Shown piece after piece: positions 41,101 to 52,720 of a stretch of DNA of 64,000 nucleotides. The stretch's first letter is position 1, and each line of letters starts with the position of its first letter. Made by a program: the position numbers and the translations under genes. The notes beneath the pieces are model-generated. The model was not told the origin of the DNA. It saw only the letters and a program-made list of their open reading frames with translations, and did not search any database. The DNA is from Paraspadella gotoi (Eukaryota; Animalia; Chaetognatha): positions 12,826,124 to 12,890,123 of the forward strand of contig CM119265.1 of NCBI GenBank assembly GCA_051294375.1, given 5' to 3'.

Positions 41101-41153
41101 GACTGAAGCAAAAAAAGGAATTAAGGAAGCTTACGGAAAAAAATGAATCTTAA
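38144..41153 (+). CDS. SPOP/roadkill-like MATH(divergent)-BTB-BACK protein with long low-complexity C-terminal extension (~831 aa, 5 exons)
   Basis: Model join(38144..38308,38449..38696,38914..39087,39179..39368,39435..41153); all introns GT-AG and phase-compatible (alternative phase-2 donor for exon 2 at 38732). BTB signature 'TDVVLRVEGKKVSAHKTVLAEHSGVIAAMV...IEIEDVSLAAVKEFK|VFCYTGEV...EELLLFCDSYAIETL', then BACK-like 'LTVGGAVRSLLLADCHKREDLRARCLTFIVKNHDGVFATEAWQKM'. N-terminal 'SWTIGEFS' and 'WVNKDSLFLRCLATL' resemble the first and last MATH strands. Confidence 0.85.
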
Positions 41154-42589
41154 AAAAGCCTTTGTAAATGCTTTTAGAACGAAGTTTTCTTGAAGAAAAT
41201 TTGCTACAGTTGTCTGAACAATGAACTTATAAATAATTGAACCTAATTGTCAAAAAAGTTTGTTTTTTTAATTATTTGTATCAGATATTTAAACTTCAAA
41301 GTAATGATTAGAAAAAACAATGATTGTAACCAATACGCCATAAGTCTGAGTAAAACAAAAACAAATGTTTCAACTCCTCGCCTAAAGGGCAGTACAGTTC
41401 GTAGCTTATCTGACACTCTTTAATCTGGACAAAATTAACACCGAAGTATAATTAAATTACGATATTCTTGTAGTTTATTTGTTTATCTTTTATGGACGAA
41501 TGAAACATGCTATATTTATTTAATATAATAATATAATTTAATAAACTTGAAGCTTTACATTAATAATACTGCCAGACTACCAGACTTCCTTTACTTTTAC
41601 CATAACCCTCACTTATCTACAAAAAATGAAAATTAGTAAAAAGGCAGTAAGAAGCAGACTCGTGGTGGCGAAAATCTAGGACAAAATATTGTATTACTTG
41701 ATACACTAAATGATGGCTGAAAAAAGATCTTACTCTCTGATCCTTTATTTTATCATTTTGAATTTAGAAAATATAAGTTTTAAATAAATCAATTTGAAAA
41801 CTAAAATGACAATTTTTTTCCCTACTTTTTTAAGATTTGACTTTCTTTTTTTACTGTATTCCTCCTGTATTGAGGCAAAGAATAAGGAAGACATTTTGAG
41901 TTAAGTCATGTTATTGCAATCATATATGTATATTTTTAAACAGTTCGGACTATAATTTTTGTACCATAAACATTTTTATTTCTTAAAAAAATAGGAAAAA
42001 AACAACTTGGAAGAAAAGATTTTGAGCATTGAGAATTTTAGATCTGGAAATAGAGAACAAATTTTGAATTTTCAAAAAAATGAGTTTCGAGCTATTGGAT
42101 TTTGATACAATCTGATTTTTTTTGGTTTATATCTTGTATTTTAGAGTAGAAATAAAATTTTCAATTAGCATAGGTGTTCATTTTTTTATTTTTAAAAAAA
42201 GAATTAATATTTTTTTATTTAAGTTAACATTTATACTTTTATGAATAAAACAAAGCTCACATGAATGTGTAAAGATAGAGGAGATGAATTGGAATGGTAA
42301 AAGTATAAAAATTAAGGAACTTGGAGAAAAGGTAAAAGAGAGATCAAAAAGGAAAACGAAAAATAGATTGAGAGAGAGAAAGATAAAAAAATTAAGAAGG
42401 ATAGTGAGTTTTTTCTCACTCACTATCCCTCTTTATTTTAATAATAATTTAATAATTTAATTTAATTTAATTTAATTTTAATAAAGAGTCATTGTTGTTA
42501 TTATGTTTATACTTATTATTATTGTTATTGTTATTATTAAAATGAAAAAAGAAATAGTTAAAAATTTTTTTTTTATTTAAATTAATTTT

Positions 42590-42730
42590 TACCAGAATGA
42601 TTTTGTCCAAACTTAAGATTAAGCTCAATCATCCTCTTTTCTGGCCACACACAAAATTTCAGATCAATCTATCAATTTACTCAAGTGTAATGATAGGTTA
42701 AAGTTACAGATGGATGGACAAACAAATAAA
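42590..42730 (-). mobile_element. Degenerate second copy of the DINE/HINE-like element core
   Basis: 'aagctcaatca...cacacacaaaatttcagatcaatctatcaat...gatggatggacaaaca' is the reverse-complement counterpart of 52550-52710. Confidence 0.35.
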
Positions 42731-44057
42731 TGTATGGAAAGAGGGAAGGATTCAATTTTTTTAGATATTTTTTATAAATCAGTATTCTAAGATGAACCAA
42801 GTAATTTACCAACAAGATATGAGGGGTGGACAGATAAATGAATAAAATGGTTTATAGAATTGGACTATTAAATAAAAAAAAATATTTTATAACATATTCA
42901 GAGATAACGATTTCAATCACCGATTTTTTTTTATGGCTGCATACACTACGCCACGCTAACTTTCATCGAGTCATACTTCTTTTTTTTTTAAACTTAAATT
43001 ACAAGCAATAAGCTTAATAGCTAATTTAATTATCATGAAAGATGAATTGAATATAAATCTAGGACTTTTGTTTTCTTAGCCTTCACTCCTTAAACTATAA
43101 ACGACATCTATCAACAACAATTTTGATGTTTAAAAACAAATGAAAAAATCGAAGAAAGAACGTTTTAACTACGACCCATATTATTATAAGATAAAAGTAT
43201 TTAGTAAAACCAATTTGAAAATTATTTAATTATTCAAAAATATATCTTGCTCTTTACCGAATATATTATATGATGGATTAATATACCATACCTCTTACAA
43301 GATAATAACATTTCAGAACTTTGAAAGCATTTAACAGAATAGTTTATTAACACCCAGAGCACCTGGCTTAAACGAATAAAGTGTTATAATATTTTTATGA
43401 ACTGTAAAAAATGCGTTGAATTTTGTATAAATATCTTCATATGATATAAGATTTTTGTGAGACGTATGTGATCTCTCGTTCTCTGCGACTGTGCCTGGAG
43501 CGAATCCCGAATCCCATCGCCCGTTAGAGCTGCTATACGCCATACCCATAAGCATAAAACATATTGTCATCAAAGGAAGTCTATGAGCGCCTGCGGCCTT
43601 CTTCAATAGTTTTTAAGATAATGAGCAGATTTGAATCCCAAAAAACACTTTTCAGCTTTTAGTGTTTCGACTTTTTTCTTTTCCCATCAACCAATTTCTA
43701 AGATCTTGGTCCTATCCTGATATCAGTTTATCTTAAATTAAATTCATCGTGATTTCATTTCGGGACTTCTGAAGTCAACGACCTGTGGCGAAATGAACAA
43801 ATGCCGTTGACGTCATTCGCAAATCCAATTTTTACCGGGATTACTGGATAATTATTCACTTTGCAACTGAAGGCAATGACCCCCCAAAATATTTTCAAAA
43901 CTGATCCAATAACGATTTGAACGACAAAAAACTTTTTCACTTTTCCAAAAGCGAGTTCAAGAGCACAGCGTATTTCAAGAATACATTTAAATGTCCCGTT
44001 TGGAAATTATTTAAATTAAAATTGTAATGTAATCCTTTCTGTTTTGTTGTGTTTTTA

Positions 44058-44133
44058 TTAGAGGCAAAATTTGAGTTAGTTCAACAACGATACAAATAAA
44101 TCTTTGTTGAACTAACTAAAATTTTGCCTCTAA
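44058..44133. repeat. Inverted repeat/hairpin, 34-bp arms (2 mismatches), 8-nt loop
   Basis: TTAGAGGCAAAATTTGAGTTAGTTCAACAACGAT / ACAAATAA / ATCTTTGTTGAACTAACTAAAATTTTGCCTCTAA. Confidence 0.9.
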
Positions 44134-46267
44134 ATTAAAATTGCAAAATTACTTGTTTCACTGTTTAATCTTAATAGATTTTATAATATAAATATTTTAA
44201 GTCTTATATATTGACCGACGTCATTTGTTAATTTCCTGGTAAATGACAAGTAAAGTCTAATTTCACCAATAGTAAACGATGATATTTTTTTAAAGCTTCA
44301 TAGGCATATTATAACTAATATTTATCGTGATATTTACAAAGATCCTCGTCATACACCTTTCGGATTCGGGTTATTTTTGTCAAAAATTATGAAGTTTCCA
44401 TATCGTGTTATATTATAAAACACAATTGCAAAATATTCCACAGTCGAACTTTTAAATGAATGACGCCATTTTCAATTCTAGTCAGTTGTTTTATGAGAAA
44501 TACTTAGCTTTTATTTCTGATGATGGTGTGTATAAGTCACATCTGTCGTCGTGATATGAATTGAAAGAGGTTGATGATGAATGATGGAGAGAAGGTAAGG
44601 GGGAGGGAGGGAGAAAGATCTCGCGCGATTCGTTCAACCTTGCCGGTATAAATCACCCGATCTTTTCTTTAAGTTGAACATTTTTTTTCCTTTCTAATTT
44701 AATATTATTAATCGTGTTGTTATAATATCGATATCGATCTCGGAAAGCTTCCACGTTCTATAACTTAGTGGAAATCGGTTAGAATTTGTACAATCAAAAT
44801 TTTGCCTTAAGCAGATTTCAAAATTTCACTGTGTGAAAAAAAAAGCATCCTGTTCAACGAGTCGAGGTGACATTTATTTTTTCTTATCTGCCGTTGTCAG
44901 ACCCTTATTTTTTTCGTGTCCAACTCGCAGCCTCGCCGCTGCGCTGCGGCAGAGGTGACGACCGCTGCGCTAACTCAGTTACTTTCCCTGGAGTCTTGAC
45001 ATGACCGCGGCGTCTCCGTATCCTTCAACCGGTCATAACCGGTTAGGGGTTTGAATATTAAACCGGTAAGAACCGAACAAATTGACAAAACATGACAGAG
45101 CTCAATTATTAAAGCCAAGACAGTAGGTCGATATGAAGCTTTTGCCACGTCTGTATGTCACCTATCGGTTCGAGAAATCCTTAAAAACTCCAGAGAACGA
45201 ATTTATATTAAAAAAATTAATTAGAATTAGAATTCAGAGAATTTTTTAAAAAAAGTTTACTTACTTTGCAAAAGCCAACGTCAAAAAAAGGACACTAAAC
45301 ATCAAACCTGAAATATGTAATAACATGTATTTTCAGGATATCTGAATTTAAAATACTCAGACTCCTGCTAAAAACGCTTTGCACACAACTTTGAATGACA
45401 AAAACTGTTCAAAACATTTTTAGAAAACTTAAAACATGTGGTTGTCCCTGAAGACTGGCTGTTTCTCCCAAGACGATGAAATATTCCGACAAAAAAACTG
45501 AAAATTTAGTGAAAGCTTTTCGTGGTTTAGACATCCAAGGCAGATAAAAAAAAACCAAAACAAAAAAAATAGATATTTATTTCAAAACTGGATTCAAGCC
45601 CTGGCGAAACCTTTCCATAATCACATTTTAATTTTAATTTCTATATCATTTACTAAATGATTTAGCTTTCAAATTTCCTAAGATCTAGGTATCTATCTAC
45701 AATCGCGATTTAACCAATATCATCTAATCACTATTGTTTTTCCTAGTTTTTCTATGTCTTTCTTGAAACGGCTCATGAAAGGTTCGTGTGTCATTGGCCT
45801 GAATCGGATCTTAAATCTCGCGAACTCCAGCTTCGCCCCATCGAAGCATCATCTCTCTTTCTCGTCGTCGTCATCGCCGTCGTCATTAGCGATGGGTAGG
45901 TTTTATCCAGTTATAACCGGTTGCGCATAGTCTTTGCTCAGAAGATTAGGTTATCCTCAAACAAAATTGGGCCACGAAATTGGCGCGGCGTGGATTCGTG
46001 TTTCGATGGCCCAATCCCGCTTTCGAAACGCCAAATAACGGGCCGCGGGCGATATTTTTATTTTAATTTGATTTTCGGGATGTGAGAGGAAACCGCGAGC
46101 CCGATTCGAGGTTAATTCGAAAAATAATAACTTGTAAAAGATAAAACCCACTGCGTAATTTCTTATTCGAAAAGAGAAAAAAAATAAATAGCATGTTACA
46201 ATGATTAATAATGATTAATTATAAACTATGTTGTCTTAGAGTCACTATTTGGTTTTTCAGGTCTTAT

Positions 46268-46401
<134 letters not shown>

Positions 46402-46586
46402 AAAGATTCTCAAGAATTCGAAAGTAAGAACCAATAAAGGTTCGACATCCGAAACTGGCTTCTTACGACGACAAATTTATTTTTAGACTGATACGAAAGG
46501 GCAATATACGAAACACGATGTTATGCGACCTTTCAGGTTTTTAAAATACGCAAGTACTACACGTTTTGAAACAGGATCCGATCTAT

Positions 46587-49500
46587 TTACGTTGCCGAAA
46601 TTTTTTTAAATTTTTCAGAGTTTTTTGAAGAGAGTTTTTCATTTGGAAGTTTTCCTTTCCAATCGAACATTTTGTCGTTTTTAAAGCCCCTTTTCTCCTA
46701 AATTAGTAGATGGTATTTATCATTAATTCTAGTACATCTTTGTTTTCTAAAATAAGAATAATATTGAATTCATAAAACCACATCCACATAAACCTGTCAC
46801 ATTAATAGATATTAATTAGATATTAGATAAAAACGCCTCTTCACTTACCATAAGATCTTTAAAAGGTTTTCGCAGCTTCTCGTAATTGGGAGATTCGGCG
46901 AAGTTTAATTCTTTCACGGTCTCAAAAAAAAACAACAGAAAATAGAAAAAATGGCCAAAAAAATAGTACCTTCAATTTGAACGTAAAGTTTGTACACGGC
47001 CATCAAGTCTCAAAATACTTATAGTATTTATATTTATTTATTTGTATTTATATTTTCATATTACCTTTAGATAATTGGCGAACTCGTCAGGCATCCCTTT
47101 GCACAGTTTTTCCAGCGATGTAGAATCTTTCAAATTTCCGACCTGGATTCGTTGGACAATTGAGTTATATTTATATATTTTTCGGTATTAAAAATTGAAA
47201 GAGAGAGTAGTAAATGACTTAAAAGATAATAATAAAAAAAACTTGATTCTATGGTGGACTAAAATCCACCAACCGTTCATCAGCGGCCATTGGTGCCGGA
47301 GGCAAGTCATTCGCCTCCCAACCCAAAGTTCGGGGTTCTAGCCCGGTGGTCGCCTAGCAGTTAAGAGGGACGGGGCGCTTAACCCGCCTGTAACTCGGTG
47401 TTACAGCCTGATCCGAAGCTCAGGGACTGCTTATATTGAATGGTTCTATCACTAACACATAATAATAATTACTGTCTCTTCAATTCTAATTGTATACTAA
47501 TAATATATACTCGCGACTATTCTAATAAAAGGAATGTTTCGTTTTGTTTTCTTGATAATACTTTGATGAATCTTTCATTTTCATTAGTTGCCTTTACTCC
47601 GCTCCAAGGAAGTTGACCTCGCATAAAGTATACGTATATATAACCTGTATAGGCATGGAGGGGTGAAAAAATAAAAATGATGAAAACCAACAAATAAATA
47701 AACGATTGAGGCACAAGATTATGATAAAATTGCAAGATTACTTGTTTTACTAAATTAGACTTTGATGAAAATTTGCAAATTACTTGTTTCACTATTTTCT
47801 ATTTTGATATTTTATGAAGGATTTAGTATTTAATCTATATTATTTAATGAAATATATATTGCTTTCTTTCTTAAAAATGTTTTATTTATCTAATAATTCA
47901 ATTGGGGAAGGGGAAGTCAGTGTTGTCTTCTGGAAATAGAGGGAGCATCTATACAACACAAGGTTAGATTACTATCTGTCCTAGTTTTCTAGTAGATATC
48001 ACACATCATTTTTGTTAGAAAGTCATTAATGAAAAATCATAATATCTAAGAGGCTGAACAGAAAGGGGTGGGAATGGATAATTTTTTGAGGGGAGACCAA
48101 AGTTATATATGATTTTTTCCCAATAGGGATAAGACTATCATGTAGAATTGTATGTTCTGATAGGGATACATACTGGGGAAAGGTCTATAGGGGCACCCTG
48201 AATATAATTTTAAAATACTTTAATGAAAATTATATTCTTTTCTTTATCCTACTTTTTAATTATTTCTTTTTTTAATATTTTTTATCTTTTATGTTTATAC
48301 AATGGGAAGGTCATCAGTTGGGAACCTATACCCTTCATTGATTTCGGATCTTTAATCCCCAAAAAAATATTTTAGAATAAAATTTTAAAATAAATGTAAA
48401 AATTTAATAAATTATATTAAGCATAGTATGTTTCCTTAATACGTTAAATTATACTTTAAACTACCTAATGATTCCAGGTCGTCTCGCCGTGACATCTCCC
48501 TCCAGTGGTGGGAATTCACGCTCATGTACCTGGGGTAGCATAAAATAGCAAAAATACTTACAAGTACTTACAATGAAGCAACAATTCTTTTTCAAATCAA
48601 AATAAACTTTGTTCTAGTACACCCAATTAAAAAAAAGCTCTGAGAGTTTTAAAGTCCGCAATTGTGCAACAAGTACCGGCAAGAGCCTCTATTTTTTTAT
48701 TTGCCGAAAAATGATAATCTGAAATTAGAGATTAAGGAAACTTGCACTAAAAATCACAGGTGGATAAGTCAATTCTTACCTTTCGTTTCCACTCTCCTGA
48801 TTATAAGAAAGAATAACCGAGTGGGAAGCACTACGTTCAGCCCTATAAAACTACTTTACTAACAAGGACGTAAAATAACCTTTTGCAAATTTAGTAAACT
48901 AATTAAAATGCCAACGGTTCGGATATGTTTGGTAAAAATTTGGAATATTAAGGTAGAGTAGACGACATTAATTATGAAAACTTTCAAATTCGCAATTCAT
49001 GCGAACATTTTACCAACTAATGTAATTTGAACTTTGTACTAGTTTTGTTAAGAATAATACTATTTACACTATGGACAAATCTTTAAATAAGACATTTTAT
49101 TCCATAAACAGCAAAGTTTATAATAAATTCGAATCGAGGGAGAGAAATAGACAGAGAGAGAAAGGAGAGAAAGAGAGCGAGCGAGCGAGCGTCTCAACGA
49201 AAAGACGAAAAGATGACTACAGTGGTTATTTGTCGTAACTTTAAACTTCTTACCTAAGGGTTCCAGACGGAGGGATTTTTTCTTGAAAAGGAATATGTTT
49301 GCTTGTCCTAGTGATAGAAATAACGCAAGTTAAGATGATTTTAGATTTTAGGTTTCAGATTCTTTACGCTACAAAGCCTCAAGTGTTGGTTGTTTTTCAA
49401 ATTTTGACAGGTCTTACATTGGATCCATGTAAGGTTTGGCCATTCCGAAATCGATCATGAAAATAACGCCCTCGGACGGAGTTCCGTCCCGACCTACGAC

Positions 49501-50592
49501 GAAGTTTTGCGGCTTCACGTCACGATAAAGAAGTCCGCGTGAATGTACGTATTCCATTCGTTGAAGAGTCTGGAGGAGTAAAATTGAACATCATTTAAAA
49601 AAATTTAAGTATGGCCATTAGCTAAATGTTACATCGTTAAAATTGCGTTACAAATTGATATCCACCTGAATAATTATCATTAAGACTGTTTTTAAGCTGA
49701 ACTTTCTTTTGCGAATATCGAAGACGTTTTCCAAATTAAGATCCAAAAGCTCCATGACGAGAGCGTTGTACATGGTCTTGTCTGTAAACAATCCGCAGCG
49801 CTATTTGCAAAAAGCTTAAAAAATCATAAGTTTCTGTTCAAAATTTAAATTTACAATTCCAGGGAACTTATTTTTCCTACATCTCAATCCACATGAAGAA
49901 AGTAAAACCCCAGAAAGCTTGGCTATGCATTAATTATATAATTATACTTTATATTGTTATAAAAAAGTCTGAGTCGGTCTATACTGCGCTTACGGTCGGC
50001 CCTCTTCGCAACAAAACCTGGAAATTCGACGGGGCCGAAGTAGTAAGCTACCGGAATTCCCAGGTCCGCTCCGAGGATCTGGTAGTTGTTCCACTCTGTC
50101 TCCAGCTGAGGATAGCGGACAGAATAACTCTCCAGTTTGACTGCCACGAACTCGTGGGTCTCCTGGTTTTTCCCCAATCGCAGCTCACCAAATGTCCCGC
50201 TGAGATAGAGAAGATTATAATTACTATAGAAGGAACAAACCAATCAGGAAATAAAGATATAAAACGTTAATGAAAACCGAAAAGTGAATATCGATATCGA
50301 TATGCCCATTGGAAGACAGACCTTCCGAATTTTTTGCCGAGTTTAAATTTAGGTCCATTTGCGGGTCCAAAATACACTTTATGCGACGTCTGAGATTCTT
50401 CCCGATTACGTGATGTTCCTGGTCCCCCCCAAACTACACCACCACCTCCACCGCCTCCTCCACCTCCACCACTATCAAAAACGATCGATTGCGACCTTGA
50501 AAAGTTAAAAAAGATGTGTAAGCATAAAACCATTAAAAGCGATAAACGTTAAGAAAAATGATATAACAAAATTTGAAAGACCTGCTACTCAT
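46587..50592 (-). CDS. Casein kinase 1 family kinase, CK1-gamma/gilgamesh-like, divergent (~373 aa, 11 exons)
   Basis: Model complement(join(46587..46697,46849..46920,47065..47142,47562..47644,48465..48529,49254..49307,49418..49569,49666..49781,49994..50199,50322..50495,50582..50592)). Translation contains [130 protein letters not shown] and MFDW, all CK1 hallmarks. Exon phases are consistent throughout; the 11-nt first exon is the least certain. Confidence 0.95.
47250..47482 (+). mobile_element. Solo LTR of the same TRIM family, in CK1 intron 8
   Basis: 233 bp, collinear with the reverse complement of 57697..57930 with scattered substitutions. Homology stops exactly at the LTR end (...GTCTCTTCA). 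Flanked by direct repeat ATTC (47246..47249 and 47483..47486). Confidence 0.85.
47283..47354 (+). pseudogene. tRNA-derived (pseudo-tRNA) Pol III cassette inside LTR
   Basis: GCGGCCA...TGGTCGC forms a 7-bp acceptor stem; A-box-like TGGTGCCGGAGG; B-box-like GGTTCTAGCCC within a T-arm TCGGG/CCCGG. The anticodon stem is broken (loop CTCCCAA), so this is not a functional tRNA. A second, more decayed copy lies at 57826..57897 (-). Confidence 0.7.
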
Positions 50593-50837
50593 TCTGATTC
50601 AAAAGCGGGCGACTTTACTAAAACCCAATTTAACAATAAGAATCCATAATAAAATATAAAAAAGAAAACCAAGCTAAATAAATGTAAATTTTGTCGTTAA
50701 ACATAAAATTTATAATAGATTTCTTTGCTAAAAATACTTATTCATTAGTAATGATTCGTAGAAGTGAAACAATTTGCACACTCTCAACACATTCGAAAAA
50801 ACTCAACATGCAGAATTCCACTCGATACATGTTTAAA

Positions 50838-50839
50838 AA

Positions 50840-50891
<52 letters not shown>

Positions 50892-50991
50892 AAAAAAGAA
50901 AAAAAGAAAAAAATAAAGAAAGAAAGAAAGAAATAAATCAATAATAATAAAATAAATAAATAATAATAAAAAATAAATAAATAAATACTGA

Positions 50992-51075
<84 letters not shown>

Positions 51076-51108
51076 ACGAACGAAGGAACGAACGAACGAA
51101 CGAACGAA
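50838..51108. repeat. (GAAA)n/(GAAC)n microsatellite upstream of CK1
   Basis: Tetranucleotide runs directly visible. Confidence 0.9.
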
Positions 51109-51201
51109 CCATTTTTATCGTCGACTATTATTTCAAGGATATATGCCGGCTAAAAAAAACGGCCAATTAAAAAAAGTTGAAAACTTAATCGGATTCTCCT
51201 G

Positions 51202-51241
51202 CAGTTTTTTGTTTTACCAGGCCTGGTAAAACAAAAAACTG
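51202..51241. repeat. Perfect 40-bp palindrome without spacer
   Basis: CAGTTTTTTGTTTTACCAGG|CCTGGTAAAACAAAAAACTG. Confidence 0.95.
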
Positions 51242-52414
51242 GGCTATATTTTGAAAAGATGTAAGTACCTAAAATCATTTAATACAATTTTAAAATTTAA
51301 CGCCTTTCTTTAAACTATAGCATATATATAGGAAATAAAAGTGGATTAAAACGGTTTCATCGCTCTGAAAAGGATAGATAAATTAAAAATAATTTAAAAA
51401 CAAATATATTATTTGGCCGATTTATTTATCTGAGTTTAAAAGATTATATTTGCATTGGTTAACAAACTTGAATTCATATTCAAACAAAGGGAAAAAATAT
51501 CCCGGGTTGAGTTGCAGCTGCTCCTCAGTTACCACGGATTTGTAATTCTAACCAAAAAAACACCATCACTTAGCACAAATACGGATCACCAAAATTATGA
51601 ACTCGTGGTCCTGTAGGTCAACTTAAGCTCGGTGTTTCCGAATAAATTAATTTTTTTAAAAGACATTCGGAATTTTCACATTACATTAGGAAATATTAAA
51701 CGATGTGATGATAATAAAATATACTAACAGGTACACATCCTTGACGTTTTTTTCCCAGAAATGTTTCAAAATTTATAGTTTCATGATTTAAAGTACAATA
51801 AACAATAAACATTAATCGCTAACATTCAAAATTTAAAAACCTAGTGACTTATTTCACTGAAAAATCACAGAGGATTAGATCACTACACTTAATTAATATG
51901 TATATTAATCAAATAAACTTTTTAAAGAATAACTTGGTAATAAAAAGTATTGATTTATTTTTAACCAATCCTTTTAATCATATAAAAAAAATTAAAGATC
52001 CCCTGAAGTGAAAACGTAATTGTAATAATTGTAACAGATACTGTCAAAGACCTTAAACTATAAAATATATATTTTAATAATTATCGCCTAGTAGTGGCCT
52101 TATTCACCAGCCGGCAAATTATGGAAGTTCTTTTCTTTGTCGTTACTAGGTCATCGTCCCAGCTGATGAATTTGTAGCAGCTGCAGCCAGAAAAAGTGGT
52201 TGCTGCTGAGGCCCTGAGCTTTCGAAAAAGCTTCTGCATTTTTTGTTTCTTTTCAAATCTACTCGGACTCCCTTACTTCGGAAAAATTATAAACAAGGAG
52301 ATTGGTTGAAATTCGAAATATAAAACTAGGAAAAACAATAATTTCAAAGGCCAATGAGGCGTCCTGTCGCAGCGAGCTGCTAATCTTCCGGGGTCAAATT
52401 GCCGGTTGTAATTA

Positions 52415-52720
52415 CTTTTTTAGCCGGATCTGCTTACATCACATTCCGGCTCTATAATTCACTTTGTTGGTCCGTCGGTCCGCCCCGCAAATCTTGTCGG
52501 GCATTCACTTATATCATCGAATTATGATAAAATAATGCAAAAAAAAAAGATGTCCGTCCGTCCGTCTGTCTGTCCTTCCGTCCGTCCCACCTTAGCAAAA
52601 AACACCAATTACTCGTGATTTGATAGATGGATTGAAATGAAATTTTGTGTATGGGTAGGGAAGTGTGTGATTGAGCTGGATATCAAGTTTCGAACAAATC
52701 GTCAGAGTGGAAATGTGTTA
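52415..52720 (+). mobile_element. DINE-1/HINE-like (Helentron-associated) non-autonomous element fragment
   Basis: T-tract then short inverted repeat AGCCGGA..TCCGGCT (52422-52451), GTCC/GTCY microsatellite (52470-52480, 52550-52586) and a downstream 'gatggattgaaatgaaattttgtgt' block. A related degenerate segment lies on the opposite strand at ~42590-42730. Boundaries are approximate. Confidence 0.45.

Noticed and set aside
47283-47354. Functional tRNA-Gly(CCC) gene
   Set aside because: The anticodon stem does not pair, the B-box is imperfect, and it is embedded in a repeated LTR; treated as tRNA-derived.
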